Of a stretch of 64,000 nt of DNA, positions 18,396-28,670 are shown in pieces (the first letter of the stretch is position 1; each line of letters opens with the position of its first letter). The position numbers and the translations under genes were made by a program. Below the pieces are notes generated by a model. That model saw only the letters and a program-made list of their open reading frames with translations. It did no database searches and was not told the DNA's origin. Location of the stretch: positions 124,001 to 188,000 of the IMG/VR virus record IMGVR_UViG_3300023202_000247. One strand, given 5' to 3'.

Positions 18396-19067
18396 ATGAC
18401 CGAGAAAAAAAGAAAAGCGTCTGATGTGTTGTTGGACATCGAGCGTGGTGTCAAAACATTGCTTGGTATATTCAATACTGTTTCTTTTAATCAAAAAGCT
18501 GTGCTCAACAGATTGAACAACCTGGAAGAGAAAATGGATATGCTGCTTGCTGGTAATGTGCAGCCCCAACAACCAAGTGGGCCAAAGATAGTTAATCCGA
18601 ATTTTCCTCAGGCGTCAGCTTCAAAGTATAACTTCCCACCAGAATTTGCAGCTGCGTTGAAAAACTCGACTGGTCAATTTGATGATGGTGTTGGGGAGCA
18701 ACAGGTTGACCCTGGTGAAACTTTGGAAGAGGAAGTTTTTCACAGGGGAGCACGGCGTGGCTTGAGAGACCCCGGCAAACCATCCGTGTCATTTGACAGA
18801 ACTATCGTTAATCAAACGATATTATTCTCGAACGGAGAGGCATTACCTTATGCCGATATAACTATTACAAATAGTTCAGGAAAAAAGGTACTCAAGAGTA
18901 GAACTAATAATAAAGGTAAATGGTCGGCACCTTTACCAACCGGTGGTTATAATGTTTATGTTACTAAAAGGATGGGAAAAGAAGCTGATAAAAATGTCGA
19001 GATCACATATGAAATTGATATACCAAATGCGCAGACCCATAATCTACCAGAGGTCTCAATCAAATAA
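18396..19067 (+). CDS. hypothetical protein with C-terminal carboxypeptidase-regulatory/prealbumin-like domain
   Basis: GEALPYADITIT...SRTNNKGKWSAPLPTGGYNVYV. Confidence 0.55.
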   Translation: MTEKKRKASDVLLDIERGVKTLLGIFNTVSFNQKAVLNRLNNLEEKMDMLLAGNVQPQQPSGPKIVNPNFPQASASKYNFPPEFAAALKNSTGQFDDGVGEQQVDPGETLEEEVFHRGARRGLRDPGKPSVSFDRTIVNQTILFSNGEALPYADITITNSSGKKVLKSRTNNKGKWSAPLPTGGYNVYVTKRMGKEADKNVEITYEIDIPNAQTHNLPEVSIK

Positions 19068-19349
19068 TAATTCCACTAGTAATTTTGGTGGAGGAGCAGA
19101 AAGTAAATGAAAACAAGTGAGTTAGTGGCCAGGCGTAACGCGAAACGTAACAAGCGTGCGTCAACATCAGCAGAATATGTTGATGGTGTGCTAACGAAAA
19201 GCCAGCAACGCAAATACAAGGTTGTTACTAGAGGTGATTATAATAAACTCAAAAGAAAAGTTGCCTCTTTGAAACGACAGATTGCTGATATGGAAAATAC
19301 TATTGACGAGCTAGATGATCTAGCGGATTGAAGGGTGGTGATATCTTAA

Positions 19350-19742
19350 ATGAAATTAGTATTGGCTTCATACTTTCAACCTGATAATCATGGTACCGGT
19401 CGAAAACTAGGCATCTCTCCAAGTAAACCAGATAGTGTGGAGAGCGATGGTGTATTCGAGCCATTGAGCCCTGGACAATTGTATTGGGATTATCATTATG
19501 AAAAGAATTTCAAAGCTGAAGAAGCGGGCGAAACTTTTGTAACGAAGTTTACCGAGCAATGTAATTCTTTTGTAAAAGATGTGATCAAACAGGCAGAATC
19601 TTCCGGTAAAACTCCACAAGAATTATTGCCATTTAGTGACGGTGACACATTGTTGAGTTGGGAGTTGGAGGGCCATCTTACTTATCGAAGAATCGTGGCA
19701 AACGCATTGCGTGAACTCGGTTATGAGGTAGAAGAGAAATGA
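19350..19742 (+). CDS. DUF488-like protein
   Basis: SYF, GISPSKP, LSP, TLLSWE...YRRIVANAL pattern. Confidence 0.55.
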   Translation: MKLVLASYFQPDNHGTGRKLGISPSKPDSVESDGVFEPLSPGQLYWDYHYEKNFKAEEAGETFVTKFTEQCNSFVKDVIKQAESSGKTPQELLPFSDGDTLLSWELEGHLTYRRIVANALRELGYEVEEK

Positions 19743-20094
19743 AGAAAAATCTTGCGGCAAAGGTTAACAGGCTGAGTCGTCGGATATCATCTCTCACCAG
19801 GGATCTGGATAGAATAGTCTTGAAGCATGACAAACTCCGACCGCCAGGCGGTATCGAAGGAGCCGCCCAATGGCTCGAGTCGATGCCAATCGAGGACTTG
19901 AACGAGAGTTTGAATTATGATAGAGGCATCTATCCAGATCGCCTGAGCTTACCCGCATTGTATGAAAAGTCTAGACTCAAGCGTTTATACGATGAAAAAA
20001 CTTCAGAAATTGAAGCAGTGATCAGTAAGAGAACTGAAATTGAGTGCGATATCATTCTGGAAAAGATTGAAAAGATTCAATTGAAACCCGAAGA

Positions 20095-20778
20095 ATGAAA
20101 TATAATATCATCGTTGCAGATCCTCCCTGGAGGTATTCCGATAAATTGAAACATTCCCGTGTAAAGCGCGGGGCTGCTTCGCATTATACGGAAATGGATA
20201 ACAATGCAATTGTTGAATTAGATGTGCAATCAATTGCAGCAAAAAACGCTGTACTTGCATTGTGGTGTACATCATCACACATACCGTATGGTATCCAAGC
20301 CGTTGAAGCGTGGGGTTTCGAGTACAAACAGATGTGTTCTTGGGTTAAGACCAAGAAATCTGCTTTTAATAAACTCATCAAACAGTGTAAGAAAAACCCA
20401 GCCGAGTCAAAAACATTTATTGCAGAATACGATTTGAATGATTCAATAAAAATGAATATGGGTCGTATTTTTCGACTATCGCAAGAATTTATAATCATTG
20501 GAACTCGCGGTAACGTTCAGCCACTTATCAAAAACAAATCCCAACTATCTGTCATGATGTATTGTCCAGCTGGATTAAAGCACTCAGAAAAGCCAGAATT
20601 ACTGCAAGATAGATTAGAGGCTATTTTTCCATCTAAGCGTTTGAAAAGGCTAGAGATGTTTGCGCGACGAGTTCGTCCGGGGTGGGAATGTGTTGGTAAT
20701 GAATGCACGGATTCTCGCGGGGAAGATATCCGTGATTCGATTCTACGATTGAAAAACAACATTAAGTTTAATGGATAA
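20095..20778 (+). CDS. MT-A70 family adenine methyltransferase
   Basis: IVADPPW, AWGFEYK, HSEKPE, LEMFARRVRPGWECVGNE. Confidence 0.9.
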   Translation: MKYNIIVADPPWRYSDKLKHSRVKRGAASHYTEMDNNAIVELDVQSIAAKNAVLALWCTSSHIPYGIQAVEAWGFEYKQMCSWVKTKKSAFNKLIKQCKKNPAESKTFIAEYDLNDSIKMNMGRIFRLSQEFIIIGTRGNVQPLIKNKSQLSVMMYCPAGLKHSEKPELLQDRLEAIFPSKRLKRLEMFARRVRPGWECVGNECTDSRGEDIRDSILRLKNNIKFNG

Positions 20779-20786
20779 TATGACCA

Positions 20787-21320
20787 GTGTTAAAAACTCT
20801 ATTATTAGATTCATCGTATCAAACGATATCATTTATTTCAATTAGAAAACTGATTAAACTTGTTGTAAAAGATAAAGTTGATATAATTTCTAGTTGGGAT
20901 AGAAAGTTGCGTTGGGGAGCTGGTGATATGTTTCATCCTTCCGTGGTACGTCTCAAGCATTATATACAGAAACACAGAACTCACGCAAAGTTCAATCGTA
21001 GAGGTGTGTTTAGGCGTGACATGTATGTTTGTCAGTACTGTTCGTGCACTGTTAGTCCTTCGAAGGCAACCCTCGATCACGTGTTGCCTTTGAGTAAAGG
21101 TGGTAAAGGAACATGGGAAAACTGTGTAACATCGTGTAAACCGTGTAATGAAAAGAAGGCAAACCGGACGCCAGAACAGGCAAATATGAAGCTTTTGAGA
21201 AAGCCGGGCCGCCCCAAAAAGACCTTGGTAAACGAGTATATGTTGACTCGTCCAAAGCATGATGACTGGAACCTTTACTTTCCAGAGGTAGAATTGTCTC
21301 AGCATCGTGACCATACATAG
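20787..21320 (+). CDS. HNH endonuclease
   Basis: RDMYVCQYC...TLDHVLPLSKGGKGTWENCVTSCKPCN. Confidence 0.9.
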   Translation: MLKTLLLDSSYQTISFISIRKLIKLVVKDKVDIISSWDRKLRWGAGDMFHPSVVRLKHYIQKHRTHAKFNRRGVFRRDMYVCQYCSCTVSPSKATLDHVLPLSKGGKGTWENCVTSCKPCNEKKANRTPEQANMKLLRKPGRPKKTLVNEYMLTRPKHDDWNLYFPEVELSQHRDHT

Positions 21321-21344
21321 CATTATTCTCGTATTATCTATACG

Positions 21345-21524
21345 ATGTACATTGCGAAAACGAAAAATTCCAACTGTGATGCATGTAGTGCCGAAGTGTT
21401 TGTAAAAGAACTTCGTGTTGCGAAGTTGTCATCGTTTGGCAAGATTAAGCTATGCAAGGCTTGTTACCAGGCTGATGCTGGTACATCGTATAAGCAAGCA
21501 GCTGATATGCTCAAGAAATCATAA
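21345..21524 (+). CDS. small zinc-binding protein (59 aa; not in ORF track)
   Basis: CDAC...CKAC; TAATG overlap with the next gene. Confidence 0.55.
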   Translation: MYIAKTKNSNCDACSAEVFVKELRVAKLSSFGKIKLCKACYQADAGTSYKQAADMLKKS

Positions 21525-21925
21525 TGTATTTCGATAGACAATACGATTATTATTATCTACGTTGGGCCGAACAGGTAAAGCAACGTGATCGTTTTACTTG
21601 TCAGATATGTAAGCGTAGAGGTGGTGAACTGAATGCTCATCACATGAATGCTTGGAATATCTTTACCAAGGAACGTTACGATTTGAGAAATGGTATTACA
21701 CTGTGTCGTAATTGTCACAGTCAGTTTCATGATTTGTATGGATATGGTGGTAATACCAAGTTACAGTTTGCTGAGTACAGATTGATTAGTGAAGTAATTC
21801 TCGACTCGCTTCTTAAAAAATCAAAAGTCGAGCAGGCGACTCGAGAGATCATATCAGAGTTGGAGGGGAAGCCCTTATCTGATGAGCAAGACACCGAAAA
21901 GAAAATTAGTTCGTACACCTGTTGA
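21524..21925 (+). CDS. HNH endonuclease
   Basis: RDRFTCQIC...LNAHH...NGITLCRNCH. Confidence 0.85.
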   Translation: MYFDRQYDYYYLRWAEQVKQRDRFTCQICKRRGGELNAHHMNAWNIFTKERYDLRNGITLCRNCHSQFHDLYGYGGNTKLQFAEYRLISEVILDSLLKKSKVEQATREIISELEGKPLSDEQDTEKKISSYTC

Positions 21926-22443
21926 GTTGGAAGCACTCGAAGCCCTTGTGAAAGAAGCACGAGCCGTGACAGCCAAGCTCGATACGAATCGGTGTGCTTT
22001 CTTCATTCATCCTAACGAGCTGAAAAAGCTTAGCAAAGCAGTAGATTATCTAGATAAGTTAGAATCAATGAGGGGTCCTAAGTGTCAAAAAAGTTAACAC
22101 CTACAATTTTGTATAATAGATCAAGAGATATTTGTCTGAAACTTAAGCAATTTAGGGAAATGTTGAGAAATAATTTTGCTGGAGCTGATATTGAAGTTAT
22201 CTCATTATATAGTGACGACTCCATTTCTATTTCTCTAAATAGATTTATAAAAGATTCTACTAGATTTACAGTCGAGCTTGTTGTTGATAAAGATAGTGTA
22301 TCGCTTAATGATCCTGAATTAAGCACTCCTATCATTCTAGACTTAGATGATAGAGATAGGTTTATTAAACAAATGTTAGATATCATGAATGTGCCTGTTT
22401 TTATAGCTGAGTGTGTAAATCGTATGTATCTCGAGGAGACGAA

Positions 22444-22998
22444 ATGGGAAAAAGTTTGATTCCAGAGTTTAAGTTTTGTTTAGAAGAAGGCTGTGGGGAA
22501 GAGTTTCTTCCATTTAGAAGCGAACCAACAGCGACCGGCTGGGATGTCAAAGCAGCAGTAGACTTGAAACTGTTACCTTTCCAAAAAGCATTGATACCTT
22601 TGGGCATCAAATGTTTTGCACCACCAGGGTGGTGGCTCGAGTTGCGTGCAAGGTCTTCCACTTTTGCAAAGAAAGACTTGCATTCTTTGTACGGTGTGAT
22701 TGATAACGGTTACGAAGGTTCAATCAAATTCGCATGTCAGTATCTTCCGGAGTTGAAACTCGAACTCGGCACTAGCTTTGGTTTTGGGATTCCAATACAA
22801 GATCCCAAAACGGTTTATGCCAATTGTGCTGAAGCACCCTTATTGGAAATAAAAAAGGGAGACAAGATTGGACAACTCGTTCCGTGTAAGTTGGAAACGA
22901 TGAATGTTAAGAATGTGTCCGCTCAAGAATTTGACTTACTCTGTAAGGAAAGAGATGGTCAGAGGGGTTTGGGCGGTTTTGGATCGACAGGAAATTGA
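22444..22998 (+). CDS. dut: trimeric dUTPase
   Basis: TGWDV, ARSS, GVIDNGYEG, GDKIGQL, RGLGGFGSTG. Confidence 0.9.
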   Translation: MGKSLIPEFKFCLEEGCGEEFLPFRSEPTATGWDVKAAVDLKLLPFQKALIPLGIKCFAPPGWWLELRARSSTFAKKDLHSLYGVIDNGYEGSIKFACQYLPELKLELGTSFGFGIPIQDPKTVYANCAEAPLLEIKKGDKIGQLVPCKLETMNVKNVSAQEFDLLCKERDGQRGLGGFGSTGN

Positions 22999-23308
22999 AA
23001 AATGAGAAATATCATAGAGAAAATAGAAAAGTTAGAAGCTTGGTGGCCATCATTGTCTAGTCCTGAGATTGGTCAGGCATGTTCTTTGGTTCATTCTAAA
23101 TTTGGTCTCAAGCCTTTTGGGTGGATCAAAACCCATCATGTAACCTCTTTAAAAGAAAAAGAACAGCCGTGTTATGTTACGGTTGTACCATATGATGAAT
23201 TATGGTTAACATCTTCATTTGCTGAATATGTGGTGAATGAGCCTCTTTAAAGTCTTTTGATACGGTAGATGAAGAGCTGCTTTATTTTGTAAAGCATAAA
23301 TAATACAG

Positions 23309-24016
23309 ATGAGAAAAATGATGTACCACCATTTTTATCCAGTAATACATGCGCGCTCCCACGTTCAAATCATCAACAATATTGATATGACGTTGGAGGC
23401 TGATTGTGACGGAGTTTTTCTCATCAACCATGGACACATGTCTAGTGTTGATTTTGATAAATCTGTCGCAATTGCTGTAAAACAAATACAACACGTAGAA
23501 TTTGGCAAGCCAGCATTTCGTATAGGTGTAAATTATCTTAACATGACACCAGCTGCTGCCATGCGTAAAGCTGTTGATGTTGGTTGTGGTATGCTTTGGC
23601 ACGACAATGCTCAAACCGATTCTTTCTCTTTGGCCGAGGCTCAAGAGGTTGTAAATATACAAAATAGTGTTGAGTGGCCGCCATTGTATTTTGGCGGCGT
23701 TCAGTTCAAATATCAAGAAAAGCCTCAGTGGGATATCAGCGAATCTTTGAGAAGAGCCTATAGCTACGTTAATGTTCCGACATTATCGGGAGCTGGTACG
23801 GGAAAAGCTGCCAAACAAGGCTTCATAAAGAAGGCGGCCGAAACCGATGTGCGAAGGCCATTGGCATTGGCCAGTGGTGTTACGCTGGATAACGTGGAAG
23901 ATTATCTTTCATATATAAAACATTTTTTGGTTGCATCATCAATTATCGATCAGAAATCTGATGATGAGTGTTTTGATTTTGAAAAAGTTGAAGAACTTTG
24001 TAAGAGAATAAGGTAA
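23309..24016 (+). CDS. BtpA/SgcQ-like TIM-barrel protein
   Basis: PVIH, IGVNYL, YFGGVQFKYQ, SGAGTG, LASGVTLDNV. Confidence 0.65.
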   Translation: MRKMMYHHFYPVIHARSHVQIINNIDMTLEADCDGVFLINHGHMSSVDFDKSVAIAVKQIQHVEFGKPAFRIGVNYLNMTPAAAMRKAVDVGCGMLWHDNAQTDSFSLAEAQEVVNIQNSVEWPPLYFGGVQFKYQEKPQWDISESLRRAYSYVNVPTLSGAGTGKAAKQGFIKKAAETDVRRPLALASGVTLDNVEDYLSYIKHFLVASSIIDQKSDDECFDFEKVEELCKRIR

Positions 24017-24017
24017 T

Positions 24018-24353
24018 ATGAAAATACCTGATATACAAAAAAGAGCTAACGCCACAGAAAAAGTCAAAGGATTTCTCGATAGTGAGAAATCCATACCCGA
24101 AGATATTGCTTTGATGCATGCTGAGCTTTCAGAAGCATTGGAAGAATATCGTAAAGGTGTTTCTACCACTGCAATTTATTTCAATGATGATAAGCCGAAC
24201 AAACCCGAAGGTATTCCCGTTGAGCTTGCTGATGTTGTAATAAGAATTATGGGATTTGCTGAGCGTCACGGTATCAACATGGAAGATGCTATCAAGCTCA
24301 AGATGGATTACAATGATACTAGACCTCATATGCATGGCGGTAAGAAGTTGTGA
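24018..24353 (+). CDS. MazG-like nucleotide pyrophosphohydrolase
   Basis: ALMHAELSEALEE, ELADVVIR, KMDYNDTRP. Confidence 0.85.
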   Translation: MKIPDIQKRANATEKVKGFLDSEKSIPEDIALMHAELSEALEEYRKGVSTTAIYFNDDKPNKPEGIPVELADVVIRIMGFAERHGINMEDAIKLKMDYNDTRPHMHGGKKL

Positions 24354-24374
24354 GTTAAGTGAAAATAGTTAAAA

Positions 24375-25397
24375 TTGTATTTAGAAGATAAAGAAGGAAA
24401 ACGGTACCCAGTGAAAACCCGAAGAATACATAAAGTAGCAAAAGCTAGAATAAACAATAGCGATTATAAAGAGAGCGATTATGTTGCAGCTGATCTTGGA
24501 AAGAAACACGTTTCTTCTGAAAAGTGTTCTAATGGAAAACTCTGGTCAGTTTCCAATGATACTGAGTATCGTGGTATTCAGAGAACATCTAAAAAATTAG
24601 AGCCCGGTGTTTATACGTTTCATAGAGATAATTATGGAACTAGTCTTTCTAGAGTTGAATCATTCAATATACACGATCTTATTCAGATAAAAGATACAGT
24701 TACTGATAGTATCATACAAGACATTGATATGTTTTGGGCATCCAAGGAAAAATTCGAGTCGTTCGGGTTTCCTTTTCGTCGTGGTATCTTGATGTATGGA
24801 CCACCCGGCTCTGGTAAATCATGTACGATAAAAATCATTATCAATCGTGTAATTGAAAAAGGAGGGGTTGCTATCAAATTTGAAAACCCTGAAGTATACA
24901 TGGATTGTATACGAATGGTTCGTTCCATCCAACCAGATGTCCCTGTTGTGGCTTTGATGGAAGATATTGATGATATTATTGACCGAGAGGGGGAGTCTAT
25001 GGTCTTAAATGTTTTAGATGGTGTTGAAGGTTATGAAAATATAGTTTACCTTGCAACAACAAACTATCCAGAGAATCTAGAGGGGCGCATCAAGAATAGA
25101 CCATCACGTTTTGATAGGAGGTACCATGTTGGGTATTTCAATGCTGAAGGACGCAAACAATTCATACATTATCTGTGCGAAAAACTAGAATCTAAAGATG
25201 TTGATACAAATATAAATATCGACAAATGGGTTGATGATACCAAAGATTGGACTCCAGCTCATATACAGGATTTGTTCATATCCGTACATTTGTTTGATCA
25301 TAAGTATGATGATACTGTTAGTTTGATCAATGATATGAGAACCAGTAAGATAAGTAGTGATGGTGATAAAGCTGTTCAAGTAGGGTTTGGGCGATGA
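24375..25397 (+). CDS. AAA+ ATPase
   Basis: RRGILMYGPPGSGKS, MEDID, ATTN, NRPSRFD. Confidence 0.88.
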   Translation: MYLEDKEGKRYPVKTRRIHKVAKARINNSDYKESDYVAADLGKKHVSSEKCSNGKLWSVSNDTEYRGIQRTSKKLEPGVYTFHRDNYGTSLSRVESFNIHDLIQIKDTVTDSIIQDIDMFWASKEKFESFGFPFRRGILMYGPPGSGKSCTIKIIINRVIEKGGVAIKFENPEVYMDCIRMVRSIQPDVPVVALMEDIDDIIDREGESMVLNVLDGVEGYENIVYLATTNYPENLEGRIKNRPSRFDRRYHVGYFNAEGRKQFIHYLCEKLESKDVDTNINIDKWVDDTKDWTPAHIQDLFISVHLFDHKYDDTVSLINDMRTSKISSDGDKAVQVGFGR

Positions 25398-25730
25398 GTC
25401 TAGAATCTTTCAAAAAAGAATTTGATTATCGTCATGATTTTGAAGATTCCGATCTTGATATTTTGAAAGAGCGTTGGCCCGGTGTAGAGTTTTCAAATAT
25501 TCCAGCTAGTTGGATAATTCCGATTGATGAGATGATGGCTTCATTTCGTTATAGTAATCCTGTCAAAAGAGTGTGGCAAAGTCATGGGCAGCTAATTGTC
25601 GAGGCAGATATATTAACTGATATAGAGATGAAAAAGATTGAGGCTTGTGAAAAAAAGCTGAAAAAAGTTGATATTGATTTGTATGAAATATTAGACTTAC
25701 AATAATGATTGCCGGAATGCCGAGGTAAAT

Positions 25731-26738
25731 ATGCAAACAAAATGGAAAGTGGCAATCGTTGCCGGAATAGTTGCCGTTATAGCGGCATTAGCTTTCATTA
25801 TAAAATATCAGCACGATATGCTTCAACGACAACATGCAATTGAAAAATCTGTTGTTGAGATGAAACTTTTGCAAAATGGTATCGTTCGTTCAGAGGCTAA
25901 ATATGCAACTAAAGATGATATTGAGCGTTTTGCAAAAGACCGTGGATTAGAATTAAAACCAATTAAAGATGATTTGAAAAAATTAGATGCTGAGCTGAAG
26001 GGTGTCAACTCATTACTTACGCGCACACCGGGTCGTGTTGTTGTGGGTGTACCGAGCACATCAATGACTCCGCGGCCAAGTACACCAGAGCCACCCAAGG
26101 CCAAGTGTCCTGATGGTAGTAGCGTTGAGTGCCCGAACCCAGATGAGTTTGGTTATCTTTCAGCAAAACAAAACTTGAGTTTGAATGAACCGTTTGCAGA
26201 TACAACGGAAGTTCCATTTGGTTCGGTTTCATTTAGTGCTTGGAAAGAAAAGCCGTGGGATGTTCGAGTATTACCACGAGATTATCGAGTAATGACCACA
26301 ATAAGCACAGATGAAGATGGCAGACATTTTGTTCACAATAAATTTACAATAACTACTGATGGTAAAGATTATACAATTCCGATTACCAAAAGTGAATTTG
26401 TAGAAAAATATCCAGTAGCAGAGTTTCGTTTTAGTCCAAGACTTTATCTTGGTGTAGATGGCGGTGTGTATTTCGACGGTGGTGCTGCGCTTGTTCCAAA
26501 CGCACAGGTTGCGTTGTTTTCTCATGGAAAAACAAAACTCAATCCTGATTGGACGTTTTTGGGATTAGGTTTTGGATATGCTACACAAGAAGAAGTTGTT
26601 ACGGGAGTTATCAGTCCAGTGAACTATAATATTGGAAGGCATTTACCATTAATGGAAAATTTATTTATCGGACCAACGTTCGGAATTACGATGAATGGAA
26701 ATTTATCTGTGATGGGAGGAATACGTGCTGGCCTATGA
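25731..26738 (+). CDS. membrane-anchored protein (N-terminal TM, coiled coil, Gly-rich beta C-terminus)
   Basis: hydrophobic residues 7-24; amphipathic beta strands at the C-terminus. Confidence 0.6.
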   Translation: MQTKWKVAIVAGIVAVIAALAFIIKYQHDMLQRQHAIEKSVVEMKLLQNGIVRSEAKYATKDDIERFAKDRGLELKPIKDDLKKLDAELKGVNSLLTRTPGRVVVGVPSTSMTPRPSTPEPPKAKCPDGSSVECPNPDEFGYLSAKQNLSLNEPFADTTEVPFGSVSFSAWKEKPWDVRVLPRDYRVMTTISTDEDGRHFVHNKFTITTDGKDYTIPITKSEFVEKYPVAEFRFSPRLYLGVDGGVYFDGGAALVPNAQVALFSHGKTKLNPDWTFLGLGFGYATQEEVVTGVISPVNYNIGRHLPLMENLFIGPTFGITMNGNLSVMGGIRAGL

Positions 26739-26777
26739 CTCTAGGCATAATTTTAGATATCGGTAGGACACGGAGGT

Positions 26778-26942
26778 ATGATGTTTCCTTTTAATAATAA
26801 GCCTAAAGATAAACAAAAAGTTCAGTACGAATACCTCTACATAGAAAAACATATTCCGCAAGATATACCACAACCTCCTCGTAAAAAAGAGGAAAATGAT
26901 GAACGTGGTGTAGTGGTAATAGATATCTATGGCGAAGACTAA
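26778..26942 (+). CDS. small hypothetical protein (54 aa; not in ORF track)
   Basis: GGAGG directly before two in-frame ATGs; MMFPFNNKPK...ERGVVVIDIYGED. Confidence 0.55.
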   Translation: MMFPFNNKPKDKQKVQYEYLYIEKHIPQDIPQPPRKKEENDERGVVVIDIYGED

Positions 26943-27237
26943 AAAGACGGGAAGACCCCGTAAGTTTTTTCTACCTGCTGATGACGATTTGCTAGTTGTG
27001 GACGCAAATTATTTCAAGCAGATTAAATCTCGGCATCATGCATTGGCATTGGGAATGTCTGTATATGCTGAATTACATGAAAGTTTATGTTTAGATGCAT
27101 TAGAAGGCGATGCATACGTTAAAACAATAAAGATTTCTGATGGTTTGGCACGAAGTCTCTATGAGTTGGATAGAAACTTTCCAAGTCTGATAGATGAAAT
27201 ACGACATATCAAATGTAAATGGGTTAATCAATGTTAA
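26929..27237 (+). CDS. hypothetical protein, possibly a degenerate IF3 N-terminal domain
   Basis: LLVVDAN...IKSRHHALALG and IKISDGLARSLYE weakly echo IF3-N; directly upstream of IF3-C. Confidence 0.35.
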   Translation: MAKTKKTGRPRKFFLPADDDLLVVDANYFKQIKSRHHALALGMSVYAELHESLCLDALEGDAYVKTIKISDGLARSLYELDRNFPSLIDEIRHIKCKWVNQC

Positions 27238-27506
27238 AAATTCATATTCGTCCAGGTACGAGCGAAAGCGCTCTAAAGGCAAAAGCTAGAAAAGCAACTA
27301 TATTATTAGAAGACAACGAAGAGATTTCTATCCTTCTTCAGTTTAGAAGGGGCGATATGAAAAATATAAAAATTGGTATGGTTGCAATGCAAAAGTTTTT
27401 GGACATGATTCTTGATGTTGATATGAAAAATGGCCCAGTAATTTCAATGAAAGATCGTACGATTACAGCTACGATTTCATCTAGAAGGCAATCAATTGCA
27501 TCATGA
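27231..27506 (+). CDS. infC: translation initiation factor IF3, C-terminal domain only
   Basis: IHIRPGT...KARKATILLEDNEEISILLQFRRGDM...IGM aligns with IKFRPGT...[26 protein letters not shown]...IGM. Confidence 0.75.
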   Translation: MLKIHIRPGTSESALKAKARKATILLEDNEEISILLQFRRGDMKNIKIGMVAMQKFLDMILDVDMKNGPVISMKDRTITATISSRRQSIAS

Positions 27507-28021
27507 TAGTTACTGATGAAAAACTTCTACGTGTAAAATGTGAAGATGTAAAACCTGAAGAAGTTGCCGAGTTGAAGCTAAAGTTGGAACAAGAGCTTAT
27601 AGCATCGGCGATGAAGGAGATGCCCGGTATAGGTTTGGCCGCACCACAAATCGGTATTCCCAAAAGAATGGCAATAGTTCGCTGCGGTTCTCAGTCAATA
27701 GACTTGGTAAACTGTAAGATAGAATCTGGTTATAACAAGGCTTTATTTGATGGTGAGGGGTGTCTTTCATATCCGGGAAGATATGAAAAAACATTTCGTT
27801 ATCAAGAAATATACGTGACGAACAATTTTGTCGAGCCTCATTCATTTACCGCTACTGGATTAGTAGCCGTAGTGGTCCAGCATGAATTGGATCATCTGGA
27901 CGGAATACTTTTGCCAGATGTTGCTTTAGCAAAACCAAAACAAAAAGTGAAGCTTCGGCCCAACGATAAATGTTCTTGTGGTTCTGGAAAGAAATATAAG
28001 AAATGTTGTGGATTACGATAA
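27503..28021 (+). CDS. def: peptide deformylase with C-terminal SEC-C motif
   Basis: GIGLAAPQIG, EGCLS, QHELDHLDG; RPNDKCSCGSGKKYKKCC. Confidence 0.93.
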   Translation: MIVTDEKLLRVKCEDVKPEEVAELKLKLEQELIASAMKEMPGIGLAAPQIGIPKRMAIVRCGSQSIDLVNCKIESGYNKALFDGEGCLSYPGRYEKTFRYQEIYVTNNFVEPHSFTATGLVAVVVQHELDHLDGILLPDVALAKPKQKVKLRPNDKCSCGSGKKYKKCCGLR

Positions 28022-28310
28022 TTGAGACGCCTAAATGCCCAAAATTACTGCCTTAGAATAAGTGTTTTAGTTCTAGGCATAACCCAACTATAATGATGTG
28101 ACTTATGGATCAGAAAGACGTAGAAAAGATAACCATGTTAGTTACAGATCTCATTTTGAGGTTATCTGTAATGGAAGATATCTTAAAAGAAAAAGGTTTA
28201 TTGGAAGAGCAGGACTATGTACAGAGATTGGAAATCAAAAGCCGCGCAATGTCCGATCAACTTCGCGATGCCTTGGGCAAAACCGATCCATAGTAAGTTG
28301 CATTTAATTT

Positions 28311-28655
28311 ATGAGCTTGGTAAACTTTACCAGGCTCATGTGTTTTTGTACTACTTTAAAAATGGAGATGATAATGGATTTTAATGGTTTGTGTGCTGTA
28401 AAGTTTGGAGCAGAATGGTGTGGTCCTTGTAAAATGTTGGAACCAAAGTTGAATAAACTTGGTGAAGAATATCCAGATGTTAATTTTGTTAGTATCAATG
28501 TGGACGACGATCCAGCTTTAGCGAAAAAATTTCAAATCAGAAGCTTACCGACTGTTATATTACTAAACAACGGAGATGAGGTGACTCGTGTCATCGGAGC
28601 ATCTCTGATAACACCTTTGAGAAAAGCTTTTAACGAATTTCTCAAAGCAGCTTAA
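28311..28655 (+). CDS. trxA: thioredoxin
   Basis: WCGPC, IRSLPT; true start probably about 50 nt downstream. Confidence 0.9.
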   Translation: MSLVNFTRLMCFCTTLKMEMIMDFNGLCAVKFGAEWCGPCKMLEPKLNKLGEEYPDVNFVSINVDDDPALAKKFQIRSLPTVILLNNGDEVTRVIGASLITPLRKAFNEFLKAA

Positions 28656-28670
28656 TGATAAGGATGTAAG

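Noticed and set aside
20095-21925. MT-A70 methyltransferase plus two HNH genes as a restriction-modification system
   Set aside because: Both HNH proteins are short generic types without specificity domains; adjacency alone is insufficient
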